Positions 11,610 to 22,739 of a stretch of 64,000 nt of DNA are shown piece after piece. The stretch's first letter is position 1. Each line of letters opens with the position of its first letter. A program made the position numbers and the translations under genes. Origin of the DNA: Selaginella moellendorffii (taxonomy: Eukaryota; Plantae; Lycopodiophyta). The stretch is taken from contig NW_003314302.1 of NCBI RefSeq assembly GCF_000143415.4, positions 1,057,820 through 1,121,819 on the forward strand, written 5' to 3'. The notes beneath the pieces are model-generated. The model had not been told where the DNA came from and searched no databases. It saw nothing but the letters and a program-made list of their open reading frames with translations.

Positions 11610-13680
11610 CCTTGTGCCACATGGCTCGCCCATGTGGAGAGACATGAGTTTTCACTAATTCATTATATTATACAAAAGGTTGATTTTAATTATTTTGAAT
11701 GGGGATTAATTGACTAGTCAACTGTGATTATTGATTAGCCGTAAAAGTATTAAATAGTCAATTGGTTCACAAACTTTTTTTGATTGATGTCAAAAAAGTA
11801 TTTGTAAATTTCTCCACAAACATTCAATAAGTTTATTCTTGAACATGAAGAAGAATGTTTAAAACATTACATGCTTCAATGTAATACTCAGAAATTTTAG
11901 CAAAATGTACCTTAATTCATTTTGGAAAACCATCATAGTTAAACATTTAATGCTAAGCTCCTTTGCAAGAAGCAAGATAAGGAAGTGGACAATACAAGCA
12001 AGTTGGGCAACATGGGATCATGCCCAATTAGGTACCATTATTCAACTGTGCTAGAATTGCTAAATGCCATTGTTCAATTGCTAGAATTTAATTGTTCTTA
12101 ACTTGCATTTTAGGGCACAAATTAAGTTTTTGTACGGAGGGTGGTCAGTCTCCCGGCCAAACACAGTCACGACCAACAATGCATATGCATTTCCATTGTA
12201 CAATTTCACCTTTCGTTAGATGGTATTGGAGCAATGCCTAGAGAGCAAGAAGAATTTGAAACCGTGGGATCAGGGCAACACTTGGTAGGGTGAATCAGGG
12301 CCATATGGGACGACTAAGAACCTGGACCTAAACTTGAACGACTGGGATTGGGTGTTGGCACCCATGGCAGCCACTGTTCCTACAAATCTGCCTCCAAATC
12401 CACCACCTCAAATCCGACTGTGCACCAAATCTCTTCAACATCCCATTGCATTTTTCTATAGAAGCAGTTTCATGCACTGGTGATGGCTGAAGGGGACAAC
12501 CTCAAAGATCATCTTGCTACTGTGCAAACAATCCTAGATGATCTGAAGGATGGGGAAGCAAATATAGAGGATGAAGAAGAAGCAGAGTTGGTGCTCGTCA
12601 CCCTTCCTCCATCCTTTATGCTTGCTCCCACATCCTTAAGATCATTTAGGATTGTTTGCACAGCAGCAAGATGATCCTTGAGGTCGTCCTCCAGCCATCA
12701 CCAGTGCATGAAGCTGCTTCCATAGAAAAATGTGATGGGATGTTGAAGGGATTTGGTAAGTCTGTTTCATGGCCTCCCATGCTTCCTTTGCACCCTTGCA
12801 CCAATGCAATGGAATTCTTGCCCCTCCAGCACTGCGTGGAATTTGCCCAAAGCTCTCTGGTCCTTGCGATACTTGGCAGTTTCATAGATGACTACAGTCG
12901 TCACACTATGATCTACCCTATGGCTCGCAAATCCCAATCGTTACACTACTTCCAGACTGGGAGAAACACAAACTGGGAAAATGCTCAAGCGATTGATAAG
13001 TGATGGTGGAGGCGAATTCACTTCCAATGCTTTCAACCAGCTGTGTGAGAAAGGTGGGATTGTGCGAGAACTTACAACGCGAGAGACTCCACAACAGAAT
13101 GGCGTAGCTGAGCACAAGAATCGCACGCTAGTGGAGAGTGCTCGGGCAATGCTACTTTCCAGTGGTTTAAGCTTCTGGTTTCACGCTGTCTTGACGGCGA
13201 ACAACCGGCTCCCCACCTCTGCGCTCGCTGGCATCACTCCTGAAGACCTACAGTTACGCATCTGAGAATATTCGGGTGTGAGCGCGCAAGAAATTGGACC
13301 CCAAGAGCCAGCAAGATCCAGAGAATCCTTGATCTCGGGCTACAGCCTCGATCACAAAGCCTATCGCCTCTGGAATCCAATCACGAAGCAGGAGATCCTG
13401 AGCAGAGATTTGGTTTTCAACGAGAATTCGTTTCTTCCTTCCACATCCAGACCTACCTTGACTGAAGAAAATGACGTTCAAGCGGAACAAGATCAGTTGA
13501 TTGTCTGCACGATCACTGTGCCGCTTCAAACAGTCCCTATGCATCAACCCATGCCCGCTTCTATTCCAACACCACCAATGCTGCTACCTCCTCCAAATCC
13601 TCCACGCAGATTGATCCGCATAAGGCGGGTTATTGAGCGTCTCATCGAGACAATGGTCTCATCTCGTGCAGCTAAAACTC
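11610..13680 (+). mobile_element. Heavily deleted copy of the same copia family as 25103-29515, with an internal inversion at ~12620-12880
   Basis: LTR-like TGTGCCACATGG.. at ~11613; CCTTTCGTTAGA-TGGTATTGGAGC PBS at ~12220; gag and integrase pieces (SDGGGEF, TPQQNGVAE) colinear with the intact element. Confidence 0.85.
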
Positions 13681-14262
13681 TGTATCAATTAAAAACCTAG
13701 GCTCAAGGGATTCTGACCTTAAACCAAAGGCTGCATCGGAGCCATAGATTAAATCATGCACAGCATATAGTATATGTTAGCAGTTAGAATTGCTAACCTT
13801 TCAAAAGGGGGAATCCAAATTGTGGATCCCTATTTCCATTCCATCATTTTTTTTATCAATACATAGCATTCTTTTTCTCGTGCTTCTTCTCAGCCCTTGG
13901 AGATGCAAGCCCTTTTCTCTTTTGTTTTCTTACTAACAATAGATTTCCAGCAAAGAGGAGTTTTCACACCTCTTCATTTGGCAACCACGGCTTTTGAATT
14001 CCCCTTCAAGTTTACAAATTCTTCCGTTCTTTCTCCATTCTCTGTGCGTAGATAGCAAGAATGATCAAGCAATCTACCCAACTCGCCAAAATTCACTACC
14101 CAATTCACCACCCAATTCGCCCAAATTCAACAAGCAAATGCCACCACCAACATGGATCAACGGCGTCCAAGCGGTTGCCACCCAACGCAGTAGAGGCAGA
14201 CGCTTCCCAAAGGAGATCTTTGAAGAATCTGAAAGCTCTCTCTCAAGATCTCCGAGTCTAAT

Positions 14263-14667
14263 TGTCAGGAATCCCCCAATTCTTGCCATATTCCTGACTC
14301 TCGCCGGATTCCTGACCTGCAGACCACATTCCTAACTCTCGAGACACTTCCCTATTCCTGACTCTCAAGACATTCCTAACTCTCGAGACACTTCCCTATT
14401 CCTGACTCTCAAGACACTTCCCGATTCCTAAGTCTTGAGCCACATTCCTGATATTGATGTGGCGCCTCCTCGACCTCAGCTATATTTAGGCCGTCCTCGA
14501 TCCAAGAGTGGTGGAGCTTCATCAACTTATAGTATATATAGGTTAGCCTTGTTCCATTTCTCCACAATCTGAATCAACACCAGTCTAAGGCCTCTTCTTT
14601 GTTTTCACTAGCTTTTTATCTTTGTCTTTAGCATTTTCCAGTCTTGATCTTGTTGGGGGTCTTGACA
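14263..14667 (+). repeat. 5' LTR (U3 contains ATTCCT(G/A)ACTCTC subrepeats; TATA ~14533)
   Basis: Direct repeat of 19494-19898; about 9 substitutions by eye, mostly transitions. Confidence 0.97.
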
Positions 14668-14764
14668 GTTTGATTCAGATTGTGGTTTTTGCTTTTCTTT
14701 TAGCTCGCTTTGATTCTTTGATTGCCTTTGTCTTTTTCCCCCTTTCTTTTCTTTCTTCTTGCCA

Positions 14765-15736
14765 ATGGAGTCTCCAAGCCATCCTGATTTCTTTGCCGAA
14801 GTCCTTGCAAAAATCCAGTTTGAGAATACCGAGCTGAAGGCGACCCTTCTTCGCATGCAGCAGGAGCTTGCTTCACTTTCGGCTCAAGGATCTAGCAAAG
14901 TTCCTGAACCGAAGGTGAGTTTCCCGGCAAAATTTTCAGGCAAGCGTTCGGAGCTTCGTGGATTTTTGAACCAAATGGAGCTGATCTTTGCACTTCAACA
15001 TCAGCGGTACCCCACTCCCGAGTCTCAAATCGGCGCGATTGGGACGTTGCTCGAGGGTGCAGCTTTGTCATGGTTTTCTCCTCTTCTGGAGAAGAGCATG
15101 AAAGGGGTCGTGGTTCCGGAGCTGATGGATCTTCAATTGTTCAAAGAGAAGCTTGAAGCATGTTTTGGCGAGACGGATCGGGTTCGGGCTGCTACCACAA
15201 AGATGAGACGTCTCTCTCAGGGGTCTCGTCCTGCCTCGATCTACGCTGCAGAGTTCCAACTCCTTGCCTTGGACACTTAGTGGGATGAGCGAGCCTTGAT
15301 TGACCAATTTCGTTTCGGCCTCAACAACGGTGTCAAGGATTTGTTGCTCACCATGGAGGATCCCAAGGACCTGTCGGACGCCATCAACAAAGCTGTTCGA
15401 TGTGACAATCATCTCTTTGAACGTCGTTAGGAAAGTCGCCGCGCCGCTGTTTTTCCGTCCCAGACTCAGGAATCCCAGCTTGAGTCTTCGGGGCATAGTC
15501 CTGAGCCTACTGCTTCGGTCCCAATGGATATTTCTGGTACTCCCCGACTCATTAGAGGGAAGTTGAGTCCTGCTGAGAAGCAACGTCGAATATCTCATAA
15601 TCTTTGCCTCTACTGTGCTGATCCTAATCACAAAGCAGCTGTGTGTCCCAAGAAGCCTCCCCGATTGCTCGAGTTCACTTTGCCTCAAAGTCCACCTCTG
15701 TTGCAGTCGGGAAACGACCCTGTCCAAACAAAGTAG
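14765..15736 (+). pseudogene. Chromovirus gag with two in-frame TAG stops
   Basis: PAKFSGKRSELRGFL..LEGAALSWF; TAG at 15278-15280 and ~15428; CCHC knuckle CLYCADPNHKAAVC. Confidence 0.85.
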
Positions 15737-18700
15737 GAGCTGTCTGTTTGGACTCCCTGAATAAAAATCACTTTTCTTCCTTATCAAGCTCCTCACCACC
15801 TTTCATCAAAGCCACCACCAATTCCCGCAACTTCCGCGTCCCATGTCTCCTTTCTTTCACCGGACAATTAGGACTCAAGGCTTTGGCGCTACTGGACTCG
15901 GGTGCAACTTCCTGCTTCATGGACACGGACTTTGCTGCCCGACATCACGTTCCTCTTTCTCCTACCATACGGGATCTGAGGGTTGAAGGCATCGGCAGGC
16001 ATTTTGTGTCTCCATCTTCTGGACTTAGGGAAACGTTGCCCGTTCGAGTACACATTGGGTCCACTGTCACCGATATCGCCTTCAACATCATCAACAGCAA
16101 GTCCTCCTCTATGGTGCTCGGTCTTCCTTGGTTCCAACTACATCAGCCTCAGATTTGTTGGAAGGACTTACAGCTCATCTCTCCCACATCACCATCTCCC
16201 ACGGCTTCCCCTGCTGTTTATCGAGTCCGAATCAGGAAAAGTTCCCTAAACTCAAATCGGGGTTCTGTTCCTGACTCTACGAAGTTTTCACCCTCTTCTT
16301 TTCCCTCTCTTCCATCTTACACTGGACAGTATCCTCGTCTCATCATTCCATTTAGTCATACACCTCCTCCTATCTCCACAATCACTATGCAAGAACTCCT
16401 TCATGAAGAACCTATTTTCCTTTTTGCTTTGCATGTTTTTCCTGTCAGTCTTCCTGAGAAGTATCATGATTTTGGGGATGTGTTTGACAAGAAAAAAGCT
16501 AGTGTATTGCCTACTCATCGGCCTTATGACTGTCCTATTGATTTACAGGAAGGAGTGTCGCCTCCGTGGGGGCCTATCTACGGGTTATCCCCGTCCGAGC
16601 TTAAGGCCCTCAAAGAGTACGTGGATGAGAACCTTGCCTCAGGGTTCATTCAGCATTCGCAGTCCCCAGCTGGAGCGCCTGTCTTCTTTGTCAAGAAGAA
16701 GGATGGGAGTTTGCGGCTAGTCATCGATTACCGAGGTTTGAACAATGTGACTATTCAGAACCGTTATCCGCTGCCCCTGATCTCAGACCTGTTGGAACGC
16801 CTCGACGGTGCCCGCTTCTTCACCAAGATTGACCTCTGTGGCGCATACAACCTGATCCGGATCCGGCCTGGTGATGAATGGAAGATTGCGTTCCGAACCC
16901 GCTATGGCCACTTCGAGTACACTGTCATGCCATTTGGCTTGACAAATGCTCCAGCAGTTTTCCAACACATGGCGAACGACGTCTTTCGGGAGTTTCTTGA
17001 TCAGATGGTGATCGTCTACCTCGATGACATCCTCATCTACTCAAGAACTCAGGAGGAGCACAACGAACATGTACGCAAGGTGCTAGCAAAGCTACAAGAA
17101 CACGGCCTATACGCAAAGCTTGAGAAATGTTCCTTCGATCAGCAGTCTGTGGAGTTCCTTGGGTACATTGTCACTCCTGAGGGTATCACGATGGATCCTG
17201 CCAAAGTCAAGACTATTCTCGAGTGGGAGCCTCCACAATCAATGTCGGACGTTCAGGTTTTCCTTGGCTTTGCCAACTTCTACCCCAAATTCATTAATCA
17301 CTACTCTAACATTGTCCTTCCTCTCATGCATCTCACTCGCAAGGATGTTCCCTTCTCTTGGTCTACTGCTGCCCAGCACGCCTTCGACACTCTCAAGGCA
17401 GCCTTTAGTTCTGCTCCCGTTTTGATCCATGCTGATTCCTCACAACCTTTCTTCATCGAGGCTGACGCCTCCAACTTTGCCATCGGTGTTGTGCTGTCTC
17501 AACTCGGAGCGGATCAAGAACTTCATCCGGTCGCTTTCCATTCTCGGAAATTCCAGTCTGCGGAGATCAATTACGAAATCCACGACAAGGAGCTCCTTGC
17601 CATCGTGGATTCCTTTGGAGAGTGGCGCCGTTTCTTGGAGGGGGCGGGCCATCAAACAACAGTCTGGACGGATCACAAAAATCTCGAGTACTTTGCCACT
17701 TCTCGAGTTTTAAGCCGTCGTCAAGCAAGGTGGGCACAATTCCTGAGTCGGTTTGACTTTGTTATCAAGTACAGACCTGGAAAGCTTCAAGGTCTTCCTG
17801 ATGCTCTTTCAAGGCGCTCCTATCTCAGTCTCAGGCCTGGTAATCCTGCCTTCGATCAACAGGATCAAATTATCCTCGGTCCTAATCGGCTTCAAGTTAT
17901 GGCAATTTCCCTGGCCCCTCAGGACTCCTCCTTGATGGATGCCATCAGAAACGATCTTCAATCCGATGATCTCGCCAGCGACATTTTCCCCCATCTTCAG
18001 GCTGGACACCCTGTGACTCCCGACTGCCGGCGATTTGACGAGTTCGAGTTCTTAGATGGCTTATTATACCATGGGGAGCAGCTTTACGTTCCTGAAGGTG
18101 ATGCTCGAAGGTTGGTCCTAATGGCATGCCACGATAGCCCGACTGCTGGTCACTTCGGCATTGCGAAAACCTATGAGCTAGTTGCACGGGACTTTTGGTG
18201 GCCTCACATGGACGACTACATCAAAGCTTTTGTTACCTCCTGTGACACTTGCGCCCGGAATAAAGTACCTCGCCACCTTCCTTCAGATTTGCTTCGTTCC
18301 CTTCCAGTCCCTTCAGGTCCTTGGGAATCCATCTCCATGGATTTCTTGAGTGATCTTCCGAGTTCTAGAGGCTTCAACAGCATTTTAGTCGTGGTGGATC
18401 GCTTCACAAAGATGGCGCACTTCTTGCCATGTACCAAGGAGTTTTCGGGCGAGGACATGGCAAAACTGGTATTCAGGGAAATTTTCCGACTTCATGGGAT
18501 TCCTACAGATGTGGTTTTGGATCGGGGGCCTCAGTTCATCTCTCATTTCTGGCAACGGTTTTTGCAGCTGCTTGGAGTGAAGGCCAACCTCTCTTCGGCG
18601 TATCATCCTCAAATTGATGGGCAGTCCGAGCAAACGATTCAGACGTTGGAACAATTCTTGAGGTGCTTTATCAACTATCATCAGGATAACTGGTTCGATA

Positions 18701-19482
18701 TCCTTCCCCTTGCTGAGTTCTCCTATAACAACTCTATTCACTCCTCTCTTCGAATTTCCCCCTTCTTTGCAAACTCTGGCCGAAATCCCCGATTCAATCT
18801 CTCACTTCTTTCTCCATCCGAATCCTCTCATTCAAATCCCCGCTCTAAGGCATTTGTCTCCAACCTCCAAGAAATCCACAACTCCATCTCCTTCCACCTC
18901 CATCGTGCTCAGGAATCTCACAAAACATTTGCCAATGCCCATCGTCAGGATTGTCCCCCTTACAATATCGGGGATAAAGTTTGGCTCCTCAGGCAAAATA
19001 TCTCCACCACCAGGCCCTGTCCAAAACTTGATTTCAAACGCCTCGGTCCTTTCCCTATCACTGTCATCATTAATCCTGTCACTTATCGCCTTGCACTTCC
19101 CTCCTCATATCAAATTCACCCCGTTTTTCATTCCTCTCTCCTTGAGCCTTATATTCCCAGTCCTATTCCCAATCGGGTCATTCCTCCACCTCCACCAGTG
19201 CAGCTCGAGGATGGGTCTGAGTACGAGGTTCAGGACATCCTTGATTCCAAGATTTCACGGTCTAAACTCTACTATCTGGTTGACTGGAAGGGTTACGGGC
19301 CTGAAGAACGCACTTGGGAACCTGCGGACAACCTGATTCATTCTCCTGACCTTGTTCAGGACTTCCACCGCCGCTATCCTAGTCGTCCCAGTCCTCATTC
19401 TTTTTCTCCATCTCCCATCCCTCACCGCTCATCTCATCCTCCTCGTCGTTCTCATTCACATTCTCGTTCCACTCGTTCTTGA
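15643..19482 (+). CDS. pol: Chromovirus pol polyprotein (protease, RT, RNase H, integrase, chromodomain), entered by -1 frameshift
   Basis: LLDSGA, YLDDILI, DAS..G..L, HDKELLAI, HHCC (HDSPTAGH..CDTC), GPF, YEVQDILD..YLVDWKGY..TWEP. Confidence 0.95.
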   Translation: MSQEASPIARVHFASKSTSVAVGKRPCPNKVGAVCLDSLNKNHFSSLSSSSPPFIKATTNSRNFRVPCLLSFTGQLGLKALALLDSGATSCFMDTDFAARHHVPLSPTIRDLRVEGIGRHFVSPSSGLRETLPVRVHIGSTVTDIAFNIINSKSSSMVLGLPWFQLHQPQICWKDLQLISPTSPSPTASPAVYRVRIRKSSLNSNRGSVPDSTKFSPSSFPSLPSYTGQYPRLIIPFSHTPPPISTITMQELLHEEPIFLFALHVFPVSLPEKYHDFGDVFDKKKASVLPTHRPYDCPIDLQEGVSPPWGPIYGLSPSELKALKEYVDENLASGFIQHSQSPAGAPVFFVKKKDGSLRLVIDYRGLNNVTIQNRYPLPLISDLLERLDGARFFTKIDLCGAYNLIRIRPGDEWKIAFRTRYGHFEYTVMPFGLTNAPAVFQHMANDVFREFLDQMVIVYLDDILIYSRTQEEHNEHVRKVLAKLQEHGLYAKLEKCSFDQQSVEFLGYIVTPEGITMDPAKVKTILEWEPPQSMSDVQVFLGFANFYPKFINHYSNIVLPLMHLTRKDVPFSWSTAAQHAFDTLKAAFSSAPVLIHADSSQPFFIEADASNFAIGVVLSQLGADQELHPVAFHSRKFQSAEINYEIHDKELLAIVDSFGEWRRFLEGAGHQTTVWTDHKNLEYFATSRVLSRRQARWAQFLSRFDFVIKYRPGKLQGLPDALSRRSYLSLRPGNPAFDQQDQIILGPNRLQVMAISLAPQDSSLMDAIRNDLQSDDLASDIFPHLQAGHPVTPDCRRFDEFEFLDGLLYHGEQLYVPEGDARRLVLMACHDSPTAGHFGIAKTYELVARDFWWPHMDDYIKAFVTSCDTCARNKVPRHLPSDLLRSLPVPSGPWESISMDFLSDLPSSRGFNSILVVVDRFTKMAHFLPCTKEFSGEDMAKLVFREIFRLHGIPTDVVLDRGPQFISHFWQRFLQLLGVKANLSSAYHPQIDGQSEQTIQTLEQFLRCFINYHQDNWFDILPLAEFSYNNSIHSSLRISPFFANSGRNPRFNLSLLSPSESSHSNPRSKAFVSNLQEIHNSISFHLHRAQESHKTFANAHRQDCPPYNIGDKVWLLRQNISTTRPCPKLDFKRLGPFPITVIINPVTYRLALPSSYQIHPVFHSSLLEPYIPSPIPNRVIPPPPPVQLEDGSEYEVQDILDSKISRSKLYYLVDWKGYGPEERTWEPADNLIHSPDLVQDFHRRYPSRPSPHSFSPSPIPHRSSHPPRRSHSHSRSTRS
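15709..15760 (+). promoter_or_regulatory. -1 ribosomal frameshift signal (G GGA AAC plus stem-loop/pseudoknot)
   Basis: Heptamer GGGAAAC at 15709-15715 in the gag frame; GTCCAAACA (15722-15730) pairs with TGTTTGGAC (15745-15753); pol is in the -1 frame. Confidence 0.85.
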
Positions 19483-19493
19483 GGAGGGGGTGC

Positions 19494-19898
19494 TGTCAGG
19501 AATCCCCCAATTCTTGCCATATTCCTGACTCTCGCTGGATTCTTGACCTGCAGACCACATTCCTGACTCTCAAGACACTTCCTTATTCCTGACTCTCAAG
19601 ACATTCCTAACTCTCGAGACACTTCCCTATTCCTGACTCTCAAGACACTTCCCGATTCCTAAGTCTTGAGCCACATTCCTGATATTGATGTGGCGCCTCC
19701 TCGACCTCAGCTATATTTAAGCCGTCCTTGATCCAAGAGTGGTGGAGCTTCATCAACCTATAGTATATATAGGTTAGCCTTGTTCCATTTCTCCACAATC
19801 TGAATCAACACCAGTCTAAGGCCTCTTCTTTGTTTTCACTAGCTTTTTCTCTTTGTCTTTAGCATTTTCCAGTCTTGATCTTGTTGGGGGTCTTGACA
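19494..19898 (+). repeat. 3' LTR of the chromovirus
   Basis: Direct repeat of 14263-14667, preceded by PPT. Confidence 0.97.
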
Positions 19899-20944
19899 CC
19901 AATCACCAACAAAGACCACCAACAGCCCTCTTTGACAAGAAACTCCAATTTACCAGCACCTTCATCAGCACATGCCTTTAGCAGCTTCATTGGCGAACTC
20001 CATCTTCGAGCACAAGACCACCCACTCCAAGCTCGAGACCTCAACCAGCGCACTTGACACAAACCGACACCACTGCCGAAACGAACCCATCTTTCGTGCA
20101 GTCGTCAATCCTAGTGCTCCAACACAATTCCAATTCCTGCGCCCACTCCAAATACCAAAGCACATCCTCAAAACCTACACCAATGAAGAACCCATCACTC
20201 TGTTACCCGGTATTGGAGAACTCGTCGAGGGACAACTTGACAACGCACCACCAATTTTTCAACAACCCCTCTGACAGAGTCAGCAGCTCAGCACTGAAAC
20301 AACAGTCCGAACTTGGTTCGAAATCAACATGTTCTCTGCAACAACTCTCACCAATCACGCCATCACCCAATCCAGACTCAAATAACTAGATGACATTATC
20401 GAAGAAATCATTCCAAACAAACAAGAATATCCAAAACTCTTCATCGAACTCCATCTCAGCACCAGCAAGTGGAAGACCAGTCTGCATATGGCACCAGCAC
20501 ACTCGACCAACACAACTCGGCTGAACACAACCCAACCCAACACACACTACCGTCGATATTTGCACTGAAAAGAAAGAACAAGCTCACAACGACTTTATCG
20601 ACAATTGGCCCACCAACAGTCTTCCCGAAGTTCTGCCCGAACTGCATGATTGACTGCAGACACAAATCTGACACCGACAACCAGTAGAAGAATGCATATA
20701 TCCAAAACCACGAAGAACATCCAGCAAGTTGGAAGAAGACCAACAATAGCTTATCTAACGTTTAGATAGAGATTTGAAGAATTTAGAAACAAAGAGAAGT
20801 TAAATCAAGTTGTTAGACCCTCCAAGAGAGAGAATTACATCCAACACAAATTATTACTGCGACCTAACTCCGACAAATTAGTATCGGACATCTGCGAAGA
20901 ATACAACAACTACACAACACCACCGGACACACCACCGGCAGGAC

Positions 20945-21062
20945 CCTCGACGACACCCACTGAAGTGCCCAAGCCTGAATCAACACCCTCGACAGCACCC
21001 ACCAAAGTGCCCGAGCCTGAATCAACACCCTCGATAGCACCCACTGAAGTGCCCGAGCCCGA
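20945..21062 (+). repeat. 42-bp tandem repeat (about 3 copies) encoding STPSTAPTEVPEPE
   Basis: CCCTCGA(C/T).. recurs at ~20945, ~20987 and ~21029. Confidence 0.85.
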
Positions 21063-21722
21063 CCGAACATTTGAGCAGTCAACACAGACTACGCCTAAGC
21101 AACAAAACATTTTTCAAGCAGCATACAACCACTTCAAAGGTACATTCACCAACCCCATCTACAGTGACGACGAACGATGAAGTTTCCCACCCAGCTTCAG
21201 ACCAGCACTATTTTCACCATACCGACCGATCTTCACAACACCAATATATTGTGAGTGAGCTAGAGACTCTCCAACCCAGCACGTCTCTTGCACCTCGCTG
21301 TGACCTCAGGCTGTGCTTAGTTGGAGAGGCATACGATCAATGCACCCTTCTATTCCTTAGGGAAGTCTGATCACACCATATATTTTACACATGATTTTAA
21401 GAGCGTTCAAAATGATTGCTAGGCAGTTCTGAAGTTTAGTGTGGTTATTCAGGGCAGCAGTGTGCCTCCTAGTTTTTTACTCCCATTGGAATTTTCAGGC
21501 AGCCAAAGAGCGAGGAACTCGGAGATGGTGAAGATGCGCCAGCGTTGTCAGATTGAAAAGGAGAATGAGCTTTGGCGGAGACTGAGGGAAGTGCCCAAGT
21601 GGCCAATAGTCATCCAATCTATTTAGTCTTTCATTCTGATGGACTCACCGACAAATCTCCCAAATTTTAGGGCAACAATCCTAAAACTAAAACAAACTCT
21701 TAAAAGTAGAAAATACAAGATA

Positions 21723-22681
21723 TTAGCCACACATAAACAGGGCATCAAACCGAGATTGATTTGCTTTTGCTAATCGAATCAGCTTTGCAATCCAGTCTGT
21801 GGCCAGAATCTCTTCCACCTTCAAGCTTGCCAATGGGAATGGAACAATCTCTTTTGCTTTGAGACATGCCTCGTACAAGCTTGGATCGCGGGGAGCCTCA
21901 TACGCTGCTAAAATCTCTGCAAGCCCATCAGCTGGAGTCAAGAAACCATCATGATCTGTGTCGACTGAGTTGAACCTCATGAAGATTTCAGTCTGATTGT
22001 TAGGCTCTCGATGCGTACAGAAGTTGTTATGGTGGTAGTAAACAAAAGCTTGGCTAAACTCACTGAAGTCGATCCTCCCATCTTTGTTTGCATCTTGCAC
22101 GTTGTACAACCACATTTGCAATTTGCTGCCACTTTTGTCCTTGATCCTCTCTGGGCTCAGGCAGTTCTTGAACTCCACCCAATTAAGGACCCCATCACCG
22201 TTTTCATCACAAGCATCATAATAGGATCGATGATAGTGTTCTGACAATAGGAAAAACTGAAAGCCAAAGCTTTTGTATGGGATTGCCCTGGGTAGCATCA
22301 TCATCTTCCAATCCAGATAATCCATGGCATACTCGTACCAACCTAAAACACCATCCTTATTTCTGTCTTTACGTTGCCAGGTAAACTGGTCACGGATGTC
22401 ATGCTGCTTATCAAACCAAGCATCAGCCTCTTCCCTGGTAATATTACCATCTCTGGGATTTACATCCATCTCATCAAGGTATTCTCGAGCAGTCATCTTT
22501 TCGAGCTCAGTTGGTGGAACATGTAAATTATAATAACAATGATTTTCTCTTTCTGCAAGATTTGTTTTTAATACATGCAATTAAGAATTAAAGTTGCCAA
22601 CAACATACCTGATCTTGTTATTTTACTTTGTGCGCCTTGAGTAACCATGGCCAACACAAACATCACCACAATCAAATCCAT
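21723..22681 (-). CDS. Secreted calumenin/CREC-like multi-EF-hand protein, copy A (intact)
   Basis: Exon 1 22681-22609 (signal peptide MDLIVVMFVLAMVTQG), 56-bp intron, exon 2 22552-21723; EF loops DVNPRDGNITREE, DRNKDGVLGWYE, DENGDGVLNWVE, DANKDGRIDFSE, DTDHDGFLTPAD. Confidence 0.88.
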
Positions 22682-22739
22682 ACTAGCTTAGGGTTACTCC
22701 AAAAGCATGGTATATATATGCCTTGGTAAAACCATATAT

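Larger units (their letters stand above)
14263..19898 (+). mobile_element. Full-length Ty3/gypsy chromovirus (Tcn1/Tf1-sushi-like) LTR retrotransposon
   Basis: 405-bp TG..CA LTRs 14263-14667 and 19494-19898; TSD CTAAT/CCAAT; PPT GAGGAGGGGG 19481-19490; gag-PR-RT-RH-INT-chromodomain order. Confidence 0.97.
14138..21180 (+). pseudogene. Degenerate A/C-rich ORF of unknown origin, interrupted by the chromovirus
   Basis: MPPPTWINGV..SRSPSLI continues in frame as TNKDHQQPSL.. when the element and one TSD are removed; downstream frames contain stops; Pro/Thr/Glu repeats near the end. Confidence 0.4.

Noticed and set aside
11650-12120. AT-rich insert in a copia LTR as a MITE
   Set aside because: No TIRs or TSD could be identified by eye.
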